NCBI GenBank assembly: GCA_050253075.1
Contig: JBFWJS010000001.1
Coordinates: 448,001-512,000 of the forward strand
Direction: 5' to 3'
Source of the DNA: Deferribacterales bacterium
GTDB lineage: Bacteria; Chrysiogenota; Deferribacteres; Deferribacterales; Geovibrionaceae
DNA length: 64,000 nt
The position numbers and the translations under genes are program-made. The notes below the pieces were generated by a model. It saw nothing but the letters and a program-made list of their open reading frames with translations, made no database searches and was not told the origin of the DNA. Below, piece by piece: positions 10,140 to 19,854 of this stretch; position 1 is the first letter of the stretch, and the number at the start of each line of letters is the position of its first letter.

Positions 10140-11595
10140 ATTTTTTAAAATCAGCTATTTCATTCATGAATGAAGGTCTATTATTATATTTGAAGTTTTT
10201 GAGTACTACGTTGATTTTGTTTGTATCAATAAATTGGCACGCTGGAAGCCACTTGTTTATCAATTCTTTATACATAGCAGGGTTCCCTTGTATTGCCCCT
10301 ATAAAGTACAGAAGAATAATATGATCATCATGATAATTACGTTCAATATTTACGTATGAGCTTGTTTGAGCGTATACTTTATTAATAATTTCATTAGGTA
10401 GCTCAATCATTTTGCTAGCCCATTTGTCCGTAATGTCAAATTGGCTTACGGTATGATATTTCCTACCATCGTAAAGTTGTAAGAATGCTTTGTCAGCATC
10501 CATTTGATAGTTAATTTCTAAAGAGATATTGTTTGGGTCATTGAATGTAATTGAAAACGGAGCATGACGAAATTTACCGTTTTCTTTGAAAGCACTCCTA
10601 AAAGAGGTGCTGTTTTCAAGTTCAGGACTGCCCCATGTTTGAAAAGCAGGGTTATAATAAACAAAATTACTTCTTTTGTCGGTATCTTGCTTCGTTCCAA
10701 CATCTAGCACGGTTGATTTGTCATTAACTTTTATTATTATATCGTCTATAAAAAGTGCATTCGTTGCATTTCTAGGGCGAATAAACCTTAACAATAATCG
10801 AGGGACTTTTTTGCTAAGATTATAGCTACTCCACGCCACGCCTTTTTCGTCGATGATATCAAATTCGTTAATTTTGTCATTAAAAGCATTTAATCCATTT
10901 TCTAATAGTATTTCAATTTCTGGTATATTAATACCTTTTGATTTCAATAGCTCATTTGTTTCATATAGTCCTAACAAGCATACAGCGAATCCATTTAGAA
11001 CAAAAGTCGGTTTCGGGGTCGGGTACTCTTCGTACCACCATGAATTTTCGCTGATGGTTTGTTTAACACCGCCATCACTTACATCAATATAGAATATCTT
11101 AAGAGCTTTTATGATGTCATCCAAGTATTTGTCATCTTCAGTTATGTAGTAAGCGCGTGCCAGTACTGCTAAGTTTTGTCCTTGTGCCATACCGCTTGCC
11201 CAAGGCGAGTTCAGGTAGTAAACTTCATTTACGTGGTAATTGAAATTATACCACCAGCTATATATCCCGTCACGATTAGGTACTAGATTGTCATGTAACC
11301 AATTTGCATAATTCATAAACTTATTAATAGTGTCTTCATTAGCATCATTAATGTACTGGCTAAAGTTCATTAATGCATGTCGGCTAACTCCTTCAGGATT
11401 ATAGCTCCATCCTATACCGTAAGCAGTATAGTCTGTCATTATTATACCATTTTCATCTAATTTCTCTCGAGAGCTATTACCCAAGTAAATCCGATCTCCA
11501 TAATATTGAGTTAAGGGAAGAGAGAGAATGTAGTTTTTTTCGATGTTAAGTGACGAGAATATAGATATGATAAGTAAGAAAAATAGTTTATTCAT
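10135..11595 (-). CDS. Exported D-glucuronyl C5-epimerase-family protein with an inserted beta-rich domain
   Basis: Hydrophobic N-terminus; WASGMAQGQ, WWYEEYP, FVLNGFAVCLLGLYE, WSSYNL and YHDDHI match the GLCE-type catalytic barrel motifs. AT-rich. Confidence 0.8.
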   Translation of the reverse strand: MNKLFFLLIISIFSSLNIEKNYILSLPLTQYYGDRIYLGNSSREKLDENGIIMTDYTAYGIGWSYNPEGVSRHALMNFSQYINDANEDTINKFMNYANWLHDNLVPNRDGIYSWWYNFNYHVNEVYYLNSPWASGMAQGQNLAVLARAYYITEDDKYLDDIIKALKIFYIDVSDGGVKQTISENSWWYEEYPTPKPTFVLNGFAVCLLGLYETNELLKSKGINIPEIEILLENGLNAFNDKINEFDIIDEKGVAWSSYNLSKKVPRLLLRFIRPRNATNALFIDDIIIKVNDKSTVLDVGTKQDTDKRSNFVYYNPAFQTWGSPELENSTSFRSAFKENGKFRHAPFSITFNDPNNISLEINYQMDADKAFLQLYDGRKYHTVSQFDITDKWASKMIELPNEIINKVYAQTSSYVNIERNYHDDHIILLYFIGAIQGNPAMYKELINKWLPACQFIDTNKINVVLKNFKYNNRPSFMNEIADFKKL

Positions 11596-12155
11596 TAGGC
11601 ACCTTCGTCTTGTATTTAAGCGGATAATTCTTGTTATGTCAAGTCAGTAAAGGAGGTACTGCAAAGTTATCGTTGGCTTATAAAGTTGCAATAATTACTG
11701 GGAGTGATGGAGTGCTATAGAAAATATACTATGTTCAAAGATATTAGCTTGATAAAATATATTGAAAAGAGAATTTCGTCTGATTAACTGGAGACTTTGT
11801 CATTGATATAGTGCTAGATGAGGACATAATTAGAAATTACGTCGAATTACATAAACAAAAGAATCTAGGACAGGTCAAGCTTGAGTTTAAAAAAAACATA
11901 CGTCTAATATGTCAAAGCATAGAACCGCGGAGTTACCCAAAGGAATATATTTAAAAAAAGTTACATATTTATGAGATATTGCTATTATTTAGATACTGCA
12001 ATAAAATCAGTGTTATGGTAAATTGCACTTGTTCATGTAGTTTATAAAGTTAAAAATAAATTGATGAATAATCGTCACTTTAGTATTAATGTTATTATGG
12101 TTATGAAACTATCCGCCAAGTATGTTAATACAATCTTGTACCATGAGGTGTTTTC

Positions 12156-13466
12156 TTGAGTTCTTTCAATCATAAAATATGTATTATCGGTTTAGGATAT
12201 GTTGGCCTTCCATTGAGTGTTGCTTTTGCTCAGAAAGGCTACAGTGTCAAGGGTTTCGACATCGCACAATGGCGTATAGACGAGCTGTCCAAAGGGACAG
12301 ACCGCACGCTCGAAGTTTCAAGTGAAGACTTGAAATCAGTCTCTTCAGGAGACTCGGCAAAATTGAAATTTACAAATCAGCTCGAAGAGATAAAGGACTG
12401 CAACACATACATAGTTACTGTCCCGACTCCTATCGATGAATATAAAAACCCTGACCTCACGCCTCTGATCAAAGCGAGTGAGACAGTGGGCAAGGTCCTC
12501 TCCAAAGGGGATATAGTAATATATGAATCAACAGTTTATCCCGGCTGTACGGAGAATGACTGCGTGCCTGTTCTCGAGAAGTTCAGCGGTATGACATTCA
12601 ACAAAGATTTCTTCTGCGGATATTCTCCAGAGCGTGTGAACCCGGGTGATAAAAACAGACCTCTCACAAACATCATGAAGATCACCAGCGGAAGCACACC
12701 TGAGATCGCTGAAATTATCGATAATATGTATAAATCTATCATCACTGCGGGCACTCACAGAGCATCATGCATTATGGTTGCCGAGGCGGCGAAAGTTATC
12801 GAAAACACACAGCGGGACCTTAACATTGCACTGATGAACGAGCTCGCACTGATATTCGACAGAATGGGCATAAACACCAACGAAGTCATTGAAGCAGCAG
12901 GCACAAAGTGGAACTTCCTTAAGTTTCACCCGGGACTTGTAGGCGGTCACTGCATCGGCGTGGACCCTTACTATCTCACATTCAAATCACAGGCCATAGG
13001 TTATAACCCTGACATGATCATCTCAGGCAGAAGAGTAAACGACAGTATGGGTAAATTCATCGCTGAGAAAGCTACGAAAGAGATGATAAAAGCAGGAAAG
13101 AGGATAAAAGGCTCTAACGTTCTCATCGCAGGCTTTACATTCAAAGAGGACTGCCCTGACGTTAGAAACACAAAGGTAATAGACATCTATAACGAACTCA
13201 TTGAGTACGGCATGTGCATAGATGTGTATGACCCTGTGGCAGATGTTGACGCCATCGAGCATGAATACGACATAAAGCTCATGTCTGAGCTTAAAAATAA
13301 AGCCTACGACGCTATCATCATAGCCGTAAAACATAAATCATTTTACGAGCAGTTTAAGGCTGAGAAGCTGAATGATCTTTACAATGACTTCGGCATACTT
13401 ATAGACGTGAAGAGCATGATAGATAAGAATGATCTTCCGGAGAACATAAGCTACTGGTCTTTATAA
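12156..13466 (+). CDS. UDP-N-acetylhexosamine 6-dehydrogenase (WbpO/TviB/WbpA-like)
   Basis: TTG start after GAGGTG; GLGYVGLP, VPTP, YESTVYPG, YSPERVNPG, AKVIENTQRD, GGHCIGVDPYYL and FKEDCPDVRN. Confidence 0.93.
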   Translation: MSSFNHKICIIGLGYVGLPLSVAFAQKGYSVKGFDIAQWRIDELSKGTDRTLEVSSEDLKSVSSGDSAKLKFTNQLEEIKDCNTYIVTVPTPIDEYKNPDLTPLIKASETVGKVLSKGDIVIYESTVYPGCTENDCVPVLEKFSGMTFNKDFFCGYSPERVNPGDKNRPLTNIMKITSGSTPEIAEIIDNMYKSIITAGTHRASCIMVAEAAKVIENTQRDLNIALMNELALIFDRMGINTNEVIEAAGTKWNFLKFHPGLVGGHCIGVDPYYLTFKSQAIGYNPDMIISGRRVNDSMGKFIAEKATKEMIKAGKRIKGSNVLIAGFTFKEDCPDVRNTKVIDIYNELIEYGMCIDVYDPVADVDAIEHEYDIKLMSELKNKAYDAIIIAVKHKSFYEQFKAEKLNDLYNDFGILIDVKSMIDKNDLPENISYWSL

Positions 13467-13476
13467 GGGGTGACGA

Positions 13477-14127
13477 ATGTCTGATTTTTTCGTTCATGAA
13501 AGTTCATACGTCGATGACGGCGTATCCATTGGCGACGGTACTAAGATATGGCATTTCTGTCATGTGCTGAGCGGTACATCCATAGGCAAAGGCTGCTCTT
13601 TCGGGCAGAACTGCGTTGTGGGCCCCAATGTTCAGATAGGCAATAATGTTAAAGTACAGAATAACATCTCCATATACGAAGGGCTTGTGATAGAGGACGA
13701 TGTCTTCCTCGGGCCTTCATGTGTGCTTACAAACGTGACAAACCCAAGATCACAGGTGAACAGAAAGACCCTTTATGAAAAGACTCTCCTGCGCAAAGGC
13801 TGTTCCATAGGCGCCAATGCCACAGTAGTATGCGGTATTACCGTCGGCAGATACTCATTCGTCTCTGCTGGTGCGGTGGTTGTCAGCGACGTGCCTGACT
13901 ATGCTCTTATCATGGGTGTACCTGGCAAGTTTAAAGGCTGGATGAGCAGGCACGGACACATGCTTAAAAATCCTGATGCCGATGGCGTTATGACATGCCC
14001 TGAAAGCGGTCTCAGGTATAAAGAAGTAGAGCCTACGGTTTTGAAATGTCTCGATCTGGACGAAGAGGCTGAACTCTCCGCAGACCTTTCCGTGGGCAAG
14101 GTCACCTACGACGAGCTTAAAAAATAA
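13477..14127 (+). CDS. wbpD: Hexapeptide-repeat N-acetyltransferase, WbpD-like (UDP-GlcNAc3NA N-acetyltransferase)
   Basis: VHESSYVD, IWHFCHV, GQN, KVQNNISIYEG, GPSCVLTNVTNPRS, GWMS..G and CPESG. Confidence 0.88.
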   Translation: MSDFFVHESSYVDDGVSIGDGTKIWHFCHVLSGTSIGKGCSFGQNCVVGPNVQIGNNVKVQNNISIYEGLVIEDDVFLGPSCVLTNVTNPRSQVNRKTLYEKTLLRKGCSIGANATVVCGITVGRYSFVSAGAVVVSDVPDYALIMGVPGKFKGWMSRHGHMLKNPDADGVMTCPESGLRYKEVEPTVLKCLDLDEEAELSADLSVGKVTYDELKK

Positions 14128-14148
14128 ATAAACTGATAAGTTGTTCAG

Positions 14149-14178
14149 AGGGGCTTTCGAAAGAGGGCCCCTTTTTTT
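14149..14178 (+). terminator. Intrinsic terminator after wbpD
   Basis: AGGGGCTTTC-GAAA-GAGGGCCCCT followed by a T run. Confidence 0.85.
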
Positions 14179-14215
14179 GTTTACAATTTAAAAATAGAGG
14201 AATAATATCCACTTT

Positions 14216-14923
14216 ATGAGAAACATATACATTATCAAAGCGGGCGATACATTCGAGGAATTAGAGGCAAAACACGGCGGATTCGAGCAGTGGATCATAG
14301 ACAATATGAAAGGCTATGAAGACATCCTGAAGGTCGTGAATGTGGAAAAGGGCGAAGAGCTGCCAAACCACGCAGACTGCCTCGGTGTCATAATGACAGG
14401 CTCACACAGCATGGTGACAGAGCGTGAGGACTGGAGCGAAAAGACGGCTAAGTGGATACGTGAAGCTGTCCTCTCGGGTATGCCTTATTTCGGGATATGC
14501 TATGGTCATCAGCTCCTTGCAGATGCTATGGGGGGCGAAGCGGGATATAATCCTTTCGGGATGGAGATAGGCACTGTCGAGGTGTCTAAGCTGTCCGAAG
14601 CGTCGGAAGACCTGCTCTTCAAAGACATGCCCGATGTATTTAATGCCCATGTTATACATTCTCAGTCTGCTATGAAGCTCCCCGCAGGTGCTGTCTGCCT
14701 TGCGAAGAATAAGCACGAAAGCCACCATGCATTCCGTATCGGAGACCATGCGTGGGGTGTGCAGTTTCATCCTGAATTTGGCGAAGATGCCATGAGAGGT
14801 TATGTGGAGAGGTATCGTGAAAAGCTGGATAAGGCTTACGAGCTGACTCTGTCCGCCGTGAGGAAGACTCCCGAGGCTACATCGCTCCTTTCGGCTTTTG
14901 CGGAATACTGTAAAGGGCTTTAA
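14216..14923 (+). CDS. Class I glutamine amidotransferase (GMP-synthase-like, stand-alone)
   Basis: MTGSHSMV, GICYGHQLLA and GVQFHPE provide the Cys-His-Glu triad. Confidence 0.9.
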   Translation: MRNIYIIKAGDTFEELEAKHGGFEQWIIDNMKGYEDILKVVNVEKGEELPNHADCLGVIMTGSHSMVTEREDWSEKTAKWIREAVLSGMPYFGICYGHQLLADAMGGEAGYNPFGMEIGTVEVSKLSEASEDLLFKDMPDVFNAHVIHSQSAMKLPAGAVCLAKNKHESHHAFRIGDHAWGVQFHPEFGEDAMRGYVERYREKLDKAYELTLSAVRKTPEATSLLSAFAEYCKGL

Positions 14924-15753
14924 TCGCAGTCGTCACAATCGGGACAGTCGACACAGTCTTTTTTATCCATGACAAGTCTGGAGCATATGCCGTTCTTCCC
15001 TCTGTGTTTTGCGCAGTAAAGGTATTTGTCTGCTTCTACTATTATCTTTTCAAAGTTGTTTATGCTGCTGCCGTGTGCGACATCTATCACTCCTATGCTG
15101 AGTGTGATGCTTACGGTCGCTTTCCCGTGGGAAAATTTCAATGCCGCTACTTTGTCTTTTATCTTTTCCGCAACGATGATGGCATTGTTTAGGTCTGTGT
15201 ATGGGAGAATGATAGCGAATTCGTCCCCGCCGAAGCGTCCGCAGACGTCAGATTTCCTGACGGAGTTCAGCAGTGTTTCCCCCACTGTTTTCAGCACAAG
15301 GTCGCCGAGTCCGTGTCCGTAATTGTCGTTGATTAATTTGAAGTCGTCTATGTCGAAGAGGATGAAAGAGAAATGTCCGTCGGTGTCACGCTGGTTCCGT
15401 ATGAACTCCATCTCCAGAAGCTCCATGAGCGACCGCCTGTTGTATACCCGTGTGAGGAAGTCATATCTGGAGATATTCAGCATCACTCTGAAAAAGCGGA
15501 GCATCTCGATAAATCTGGCGAAGGAGAATATGGTGTAAACAAGAAATGCCGCCAATAGGAAGTTGATTATCATGTCGGTGTTGTAAAACTGGTGTCTGTA
15601 TCCGAACCGGTGGAAAACATTTACAACGTCGACCTTAGCCGCTATCCAGAAGATGATACCGCCGAAAATGAACGCAAGGACACTGTCTCTGTACAGAGCC
15701 TTCTTCATGGTTTGCACAATATTGAGTGTCGATTTGTTAATATCGTCGTTCAT
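14920..15753 (-). CDS. Membrane-anchored diguanylate cyclase (GGDEF)
   Basis: Two TM segments, DFLTRVYNRR, DIDDFKLINDNYGH, RKSD I-site, GGDEF and a Cys-rich tail. Confidence 0.92.
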   Translation of the reverse strand: MNDDINKSTLNIVQTMKKALYRDSVLAFIFGGIIFWIAAKVDVVNVFHRFGYRHQFYNTDMIINFLLAAFLVYTIFSFARFIEMLRFFRVMLNISRYDFLTRVYNRRSLMELLEMEFIRNQRDTDGHFSFILFDIDDFKLINDNYGHGLGDLVLKTVGETLLNSVRKSDVCGRFGGDEFAIILPYTDLNNAIIVAEKIKDKVAALKFSHGKATVSITLSIGVIDVAHGSSINNFEKIIVEADKYLYCAKHRGKNGICSRLVMDKKDCVDCPDCDDCD

Positions 15754-15869
15754 GTTATTAGTATCGTAAATAAAAATGAAATGGACAGCGATAAAAATAT
15801 AAATTTCATCATATCCATATAATTCAAAATATATTGCCTTATTTCTCTCTTGCTGTCAAAATTATATTT

Positions 15870-17348
15870 ATGAAAAGAAAACTGCCCGACGGAAGAATAC
15901 TAAATCTGCAGGTGAAGATATCCATCCTTATCTTTGTGATAATGATGGCGTTCAGCTTTGCCATCGGGCATAAGATGAACAACGACGTGAAACGTGAGAC
16001 ATATCAGATCACGTCGAACTACATCCAGTCCATTCCGTATCTGGTGAACAGCGCCATGTATAACTTCATGCTGAACGGCGACAGACAGTCGATAAAGCGG
16101 CTGGTTCTCCAGCTTCAGAACGACAGCAACATCATGGGCGTGCACGTTTTCAACAAAAACTGGGAGCTGACAAAGGCACTGCCTGAGCTTTTGAACATCT
16201 ACGACAAATCATACATCGACACCATAGTTAAAAATAAGGTGGACAACGGATTCCGTGAAAACGACTTCGACGGACGCCGTGTGATGTCATTCTATTCCCC
16301 GATAGCAAATTCACCCGAGTGCCGCATCTGCCACCTGAAAAGCGAGGGGGAGATACTCGGCCATATCAATATAAACATCGACCTGACATATCTGTCGGAC
16401 ATCCTCGGACAGGATGCCGCAAATGTGCGGAAGATCATCATGTTCATGGGCGTCATGCTCTTCGTAATAGTGGTCATTCTGGTGAATATACTCATCACCC
16501 GCCCTCTGCATAAGCTGGAAAAGGCGATGCAGGAGGTAGCTAATAACAACCTCGAAGTAAGGATGGATGTGGAGAGCGAAGACGAATTCGGGCGGATGTC
16601 ACGCCTGTTCAACTACATGGTCTACTCTCTGCGTAAGTCATTCAGCACCATCAGCAGTATTCATAAAAATATGATGCACAACGACCGCCTGATGACAATA
16701 GGTACGCTCACCGCTGCCGTCAGTCACGAGATAAAAAACCCGCTGAACTCCATCATGCTTCACTCCGATATCCTCGCCATGAAGTGCGGAGAGCATAAGG
16801 AATACTGTGAAAAGATACTCTCGGACGCAGACCGCATTAAGGATATAATAGACAACACTCTGAATTTCTCCCGCTTTGACGACGAACAGAATGTCAAAGA
16901 GGTGAATCTGAACAGCTTCATCGCAGATGTGCGCCTCTATGCAGACAGGACTATTCTGAAATGGACAGACATCCCCCTTGTGATGGATATACAGGACGAG
17001 CTGGGCACGCTCCGTGCGAACCCTGTGCATCTGGAGCAGATACTGCTGAACCTGATAAGGAACGCAGTGGACGCCGTGGAGGAATCCGAAAGTCCTATGA
17101 TGTGGCTGCGTGCAGGCAGAGACCACGAAAATGTGGTGATAAGCGTCAGCGACAACGGCAAAGGCATCCCCGAGCATATAAAGAAGCTGATATTCGACGA
17201 ATTCTATACCACAAAGGCGACCGGAACAGGCATCGGGCTCTACATAGTGAAAGAGCTGGTGAGCAAATACAACGGCACCATAGACCTGACATCCGAGCCC
17301 GGGCACGGCACCACATTCACCATAACACTGCCTGTGATGAAGGCTTAA
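15870..17348 (+). CDS. Membrane sensor histidine kinase (TM, periplasmic CxxCH domain, TM, HAMP, HisKA, HATPase)
   Basis: CRICH between the TMs; EDEFG HAMP motif, HEIKNPL, NLIRNAVDA, DNGKG and GTGIGL. Confidence 0.92.
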   Translation: MKRKLPDGRILNLQVKISILIFVIMMAFSFAIGHKMNNDVKRETYQITSNYIQSIPYLVNSAMYNFMLNGDRQSIKRLVLQLQNDSNIMGVHVFNKNWELTKALPELLNIYDKSYIDTIVKNKVDNGFRENDFDGRRVMSFYSPIANSPECRICHLKSEGEILGHININIDLTYLSDILGQDAANVRKIIMFMGVMLFVIVVILVNILITRPLHKLEKAMQEVANNNLEVRMDVESEDEFGRMSRLFNYMVYSLRKSFSTISSIHKNMMHNDRLMTIGTLTAAVSHEIKNPLNSIMLHSDILAMKCGEHKEYCEKILSDADRIKDIIDNTLNFSRFDDEQNVKEVNLNSFIADVRLYADRTILKWTDIPLVMDIQDELGTLRANPVHLEQILLNLIRNAVDAVEESESPMMWLRAGRDHENVVISVSDNGKGIPEHIKKLIFDEFYTTKATGTGIGLYIVKELVSKYNGTIDLTSEPGHGTTFTITLPVMKA

Positions 17349-17507
17349 AAGCTAAATCTAGTATGCCTGAACTTTTTTAAATTTAGCGGAACTTTTTTCT
17401 TTACATTCTCTTTCGTTTCGTATTATATTACACATCCCACATAAACAGCAGTTCATGTGCGTGACTGGATAAGGCAGTCGCAAACAAAAAATATAAAGGA
17501 GCACACT

Positions 17508-18905
17508 ATGGGAAAAAACCTTTTTAACAAGGTTTGGGAAAAACACGCAGTACGCGTTCTCCCTAACGGCCAAACCCAGCTTTTCATAGGCATGCACCTC
17601 ATCCATGAGGTCACAAGCCCACAGGCTTTCGCCATGCTTAGAGACTTAGACATCAAAGTTGCGTTCCCTGAGCGTACATTCGCTACAGTGGATCACATCA
17701 TTCCTACAGACGATAGATCGAGACCTTTCGCGGATCCTCTTGCTGAGGAGATGATGCAGGCTATCGAGAGCAATACAAAGGCTAACGGCATAACATTCTT
17801 CTCCCCTGAGTCCGAGAAGCAGGGTGTCGTACACATAGTCGGCCCTGAGCAGGGTCTCACACAGCCGGGCACAACTGTTGCCTGCGGTGACTCCCACACT
17901 GCCACACACGGCGCATTCGGTGCTATCGCTTTCGGTATCGGTACATCACAGGTGCGTGACGTCCTCGCCACACAGACAATGTCCATCGCTCCTTTCAAAG
18001 TGCGCAGGATAGAGATAAACGGCAAACTTAAAGCAGGCGTATACGCAAAAGACGTCATCCTTTACATCATCAGCAAGCTCGGCGTAGCAGGCGGTACAGG
18101 ATACGCATACGAATTCGCAGGGGATGTCATCGACTCCATGAGCATGGAAGGCCGTATGACAGTGTGCAACATGGCCATCGAAGGCGGCGCACGTGTAGGA
18201 TACATCAACCCTGACGAAACAACATTCGAATACATCAAAGGAAAGCCATACGCTCCTAAAGCAGATAAATGGGACGAAATGGTAGCATACTGGAAATCTG
18301 TGGCATCAGACGCAGATGCAGACTATGACGATATAGTTAAATTCGACGGTGCAGACATCGAGCCTATGGTCACTTGGGGTATCAACCCGGAGCAGACCAT
18401 CAAGATATCCGAAGAGATCCCAATGCCTAAGAACGCCGTAATGGAAGAAGCTCTGGAATACACAGGCTTCGCAGGCGGCGAAATGATGAAAGGCAAGAAA
18501 GTGGACGTTGTCTTCATCGGAAGCTGTACAAACGGACGTATCGAAGATTTCCGTGAGGCAGCGAAATACGCAAAAGGACAAAAGGTAGCTGAGGGTGTCA
18601 GAGCTCTCGCAGTACCGGGTTCCTTCGGCGTCAGAGATCAGGCAGTGGCAGAAGGTCTGGACAAGATATTCACCGAAGCAGGCTTTGAGTGGAGAGAGCC
18701 GGGATGCTCTATGTGTCTCGCCATGAACCCTGATAAACTCGTAGGCAGAGAGATATCTGCTTCCACATCAAACAGAAACTTTAAAGGCCGTCAGGGCTCG
18801 TCCACAGGACGTACGCTCCTTGTTTCGCCTGTTATGGCTGTTGCCGCAGCAGTTACGGGAACTATTAGCGACTGCCGTGAAGTTTTCGGCATAGAGGAGG
18901 CGTAA
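17508..18905 (+). CDS. leuC: 3-isopropylmalate dehydratase large subunit
   Basis: [32 protein letters not shown] and [18 protein letters not shown] before ATG 17508. Confidence 0.97.
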   Translation: MGKNLFNKVWEKHAVRVLPNGQTQLFIGMHLIHEVTSPQAFAMLRDLDIKVAFPERTFATVDHIIPTDDRSRPFADPLAEEMMQAIESNTKANGITFFSPESEKQGVVHIVGPEQGLTQPGTTVACGDSHTATHGAFGAIAFGIGTSQVRDVLATQTMSIAPFKVRRIEINGKLKAGVYAKDVILYIISKLGVAGGTGYAYEFAGDVIDSMSMEGRMTVCNMAIEGGARVGYINPDETTFEYIKGKPYAPKADKWDEMVAYWKSVASDADADYDDIVKFDGADIEPMVTWGINPEQTIKISEEIPMPKNAVMEEALEYTGFAGGEMMKGKKVDVVFIGSCTNGRIEDFREAAKYAKGQKVAEGVRALAVPGSFGVRDQAVAEGLDKIFTEAGFEWREPGCSMCLAMNPDKLVGREISASTSNRNFKGRQGSSTGRTLLVSPVMAVAAAVTGTISDCREVFGIEEA

Positions 18906-18906
18906 G

Positions 18907-19509
18907 ATGGCACTTGGCAAAATTGAAAAAGTAATCGGGAACGCAGTTCCTATCCCCGGTGACGATATAGATACAGACAGGATCATTCCTGCACGTTTCC
19001 TTAAATGCGTGACATTCGACGCCCTCGGCGGACAGCTCTTTTACGATGTGCGCTATGACGAGAAGGGAAATTCTCTGAACTTTCCTATCGATCAGGCACA
19101 GTACAAAGGCGCTAACATCATCGTCAGCGGTAACAACTTCGGATGCGGTTCATCCCGTGAGCACGCTCCGCAGTCTATCAAAAAAGCAGGTTTCGACGCT
19201 ATCATAGCAGGAAGCTATGCAGAGATATTCTTCGGCAACTGTACGACTCTCGGCATCGTATGTGCGGAAGCATCAGACGAGACAAGAACCGCTCTCATGG
19301 CAGAGATAGCTGCTAATCCTTCTGAAAAGATGGAGATAGATGTTGCTGCCAGCGTTGTGAAATTCAACGGAAAAGATTACGCAGTAAGCCTTAAGCCGAA
19401 CGCTCAGAAAGCATTCCTCGAGGGGAGCTATGATTCCCTCGCAGAGCTGCTGAACGGTCTGGACGAAGTGAAAAAGCTCGAAGCGGCACTTCCTTACTCG
19501 TTTAAATAA
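18907..19509 (+). CDS. leuD: 3-isopropylmalate dehydratase small subunit
   Basis: DIDTDRIIPARFL and NFGCGSSREHAP. Confidence 0.97.
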   Translation: MALGKIEKVIGNAVPIPGDDIDTDRIIPARFLKCVTFDALGGQLFYDVRYDEKGNSLNFPIDQAQYKGANIIVSGNNFGCGSSREHAPQSIKKAGFDAIIAGSYAEIFFGNCTTLGIVCAEASDETRTALMAEIAANPSEKMEIDVAASVVKFNGKDYAVSLKPNAQKAFLEGSYDSLAELLNGLDEVKKLEAALPYSFK

Positions 19510-19519
19510 CCGATCTTAA

Positions 19520-19600
19520 CGTCATTCTGAGCGGAAGCGAAGAATCTGATATCTCTGATTTATCAAGTGGTTTCAGATCCTTCGCCATGCTCAGGATGAC
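19520..19600. repeat. REP-like palindromic dimer, family A (A4)
   Basis: CGTCATTCTGAGCGGAAGCGAAGAATCTGA..TCAGATCCTTCGCCATGCTCAGGATGAC. Confidence 0.9.
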
Positions 19601-19854
19601 TTTTGAAATACTGCTGTGAGGCTTGTGAAACAAGCCGATATGAGGGGTGGTTCAGGGTGTGATTCACAGTCTTGTGTATCGCTTCAATGTGCCAACCTTG
19701 TATATTCCTACCTTTTTAGTATAGAATACTGAAATAATGCTATAGAAATCGTCTATAATGCCTCTATAATCTATTGTTCTTTCTGATAAACTTCTTGAAA
19801 TAACGACAAATAATATATAGGATGTACGGGTAAAATTATATATATGAGGTCATC

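Noticed and set aside
17458..17482. Hairpin in the leuC leader as an attenuator or T-box
   Set aside because: There is no Leu-rich leader peptide, U-tract or T-box motif; it is a single modest stem.
19680..19696. Minus-strand TTGGCAC as a sigma54 promoter
   Set aside because: GG-to-GC spacing is off by one and there is no downstream gene on that strand.
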